A stretch of DNA of 64,000 nucleotides from Synechococcus sp. (GTDB lineage Bacteria; Cyanobacteriota; Cyanobacteriia; PCC-6307; Cyanobiaceae). The stretch covers positions 1,304,203 to 1,368,202 of the forward strand of contig JBJBEO010000001.1 in assembly GCA_047284725.1 (NCBI GenBank), read 5' to 3'. A program made the translations under genes and the position numbers. Under the pieces are notes generated by a model. The model was given only the letters and a program-made list of their open reading frames with translations, was not told where the DNA came from and searched no databases. Below are positions 63,196-64,000 of this stretch, one piece after another; positions within the stretch are counted from its first letter, which is position 1, and each line of letters begins with the position of its first letter.

Positions 63196-63938
63196 CAAGG
63201 AGTCGGTGGATCGTCGAAGAGCAGCTCTTCGATATAGCGATCGGCCCACTCCACGCTGAATGCTTTCTCCAGGACGCGTCGGGTTTTGTCGTTGCGTTTC
63301 TGTTGAAGGCAATAGGAGAGCTGGCCTTGGTGTCGATCAAGCGTAGAAACAGCATCGGAGGCATCGGGCTCCAACGTCTCAACAGCACCTCGAAGCACCG
63401 TGAGATAACTCTCCACCAGATCGACGAACCAGGCTTCCTCCGTGCTGTTGACAGGCCGGATGAAGCGGACGTAGGGAGAAAAAATGGTTCCCCATGCGGG
63501 CAATTCACGCACCTGTTCAAAGGGGGGAATGCTCAAAGCAGCCAGTGGCTGTTCCACGGACGCCGGCAGACGCTCCAGCACAGGGGAGAGATCAACGATG
63601 GCGGCAGAGATTCCAGCCGGGCTGGCGACAATATCTGCACCGAAGATGGGGAGGTCGTAGCGAGGGTCGGGGAAGAAAACGCAATGGAGAATCTGAAGAC
63701 CGAGGCCAAGCCGAGCGATTTCCAGATGCAATTTGCGCAGACCGCGGCACTGATGAAGTTCGTTGCGGATTGAGAGCGCTTCACCGTCAAGGATGGAGCT
63801 GATCGCTTCCAGCTCAGGATCCACAGCCAACGGCTGCAACGCCGGCATGGCATCCCTGGAATCCCTGATCCGGGCTGCCAGAGCATCCACCAACGGATGC
63901 AGCTGAAAGGTTGGAGTTGAGGGGGGAGGCGTTGGCAC
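63195..63938 (-). CDS. pcyA: Phycocyanobilin:ferredoxin oxidoreductase
   Basis: [58 protein letters not shown]. Confidence 0.96.
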   Translation of the reverse strand: MPTPPPSTPTFQLHPLVDALAARIRDSRDAMPALQPLAVDPELEAISSILDGEALSIRNELHQCRGLRKLHLEIARLGLGLQILHCVFFPDPRYDLPIFGADIVASPAGISAAIVDLSPVLERLPASVEQPLAALSIPPFEQVRELPAWGTIFSPYVRFIRPVNSTEEAWFVDLVESYLTVLRGAVETLEPDASDAVSTLDRHQGQLSYCLQQKRNDKTRRVLEKAFSVEWADRYIEELLFDDPPTP

Positions 63939-64000
63939 CGGTGCGGTTCAGCACAGAATGGGACTTTGCCATGGGATCCTGAGCCACCAATCCCAAGGTC

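Overview
This is a GC-rich (roughly 60%) stretch of core chromosome from a marine picocyanobacterium, most consistent with marine Synechococcus. The evidence is the proteobacterial-type phosphoribulokinase, cbbA-type aldolase, chlP, pcyA, and the hisA-fur-ycf55 ... proB-lpxD-leuB-prk-accD-fba, glgC-gnd-pgl and rpsB-tsf-recG gene orders. About 70 densely packed CDSs cover carbon metabolism, amino acid, purine and tetrapyrrole synthesis, envelope biogenesis and translation. I found no rRNA, tRNA, CRISPR array, integrase, transposase, phage or defence genes, and no convincing large novel system. The best leads are: (1) a protein fusing an alpha-acetolactate-decarboxylase-like Zn domain to a C-terminal CARDB/Ig-like domain; (2) a 51-aa very basic protein with its own terminator, missed by the ORF track; (3) a clear pseudoknotted rpsB leader; (4) structured intergenic regions upstream of accD and downstream of recG; (5) an AT-rich glgC; (6) a UPRT homolog with a degenerate active site; (7) a large RlhA-like U32 protein. 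All calls come from motif recognition by eye, and several start codons are uncertain.
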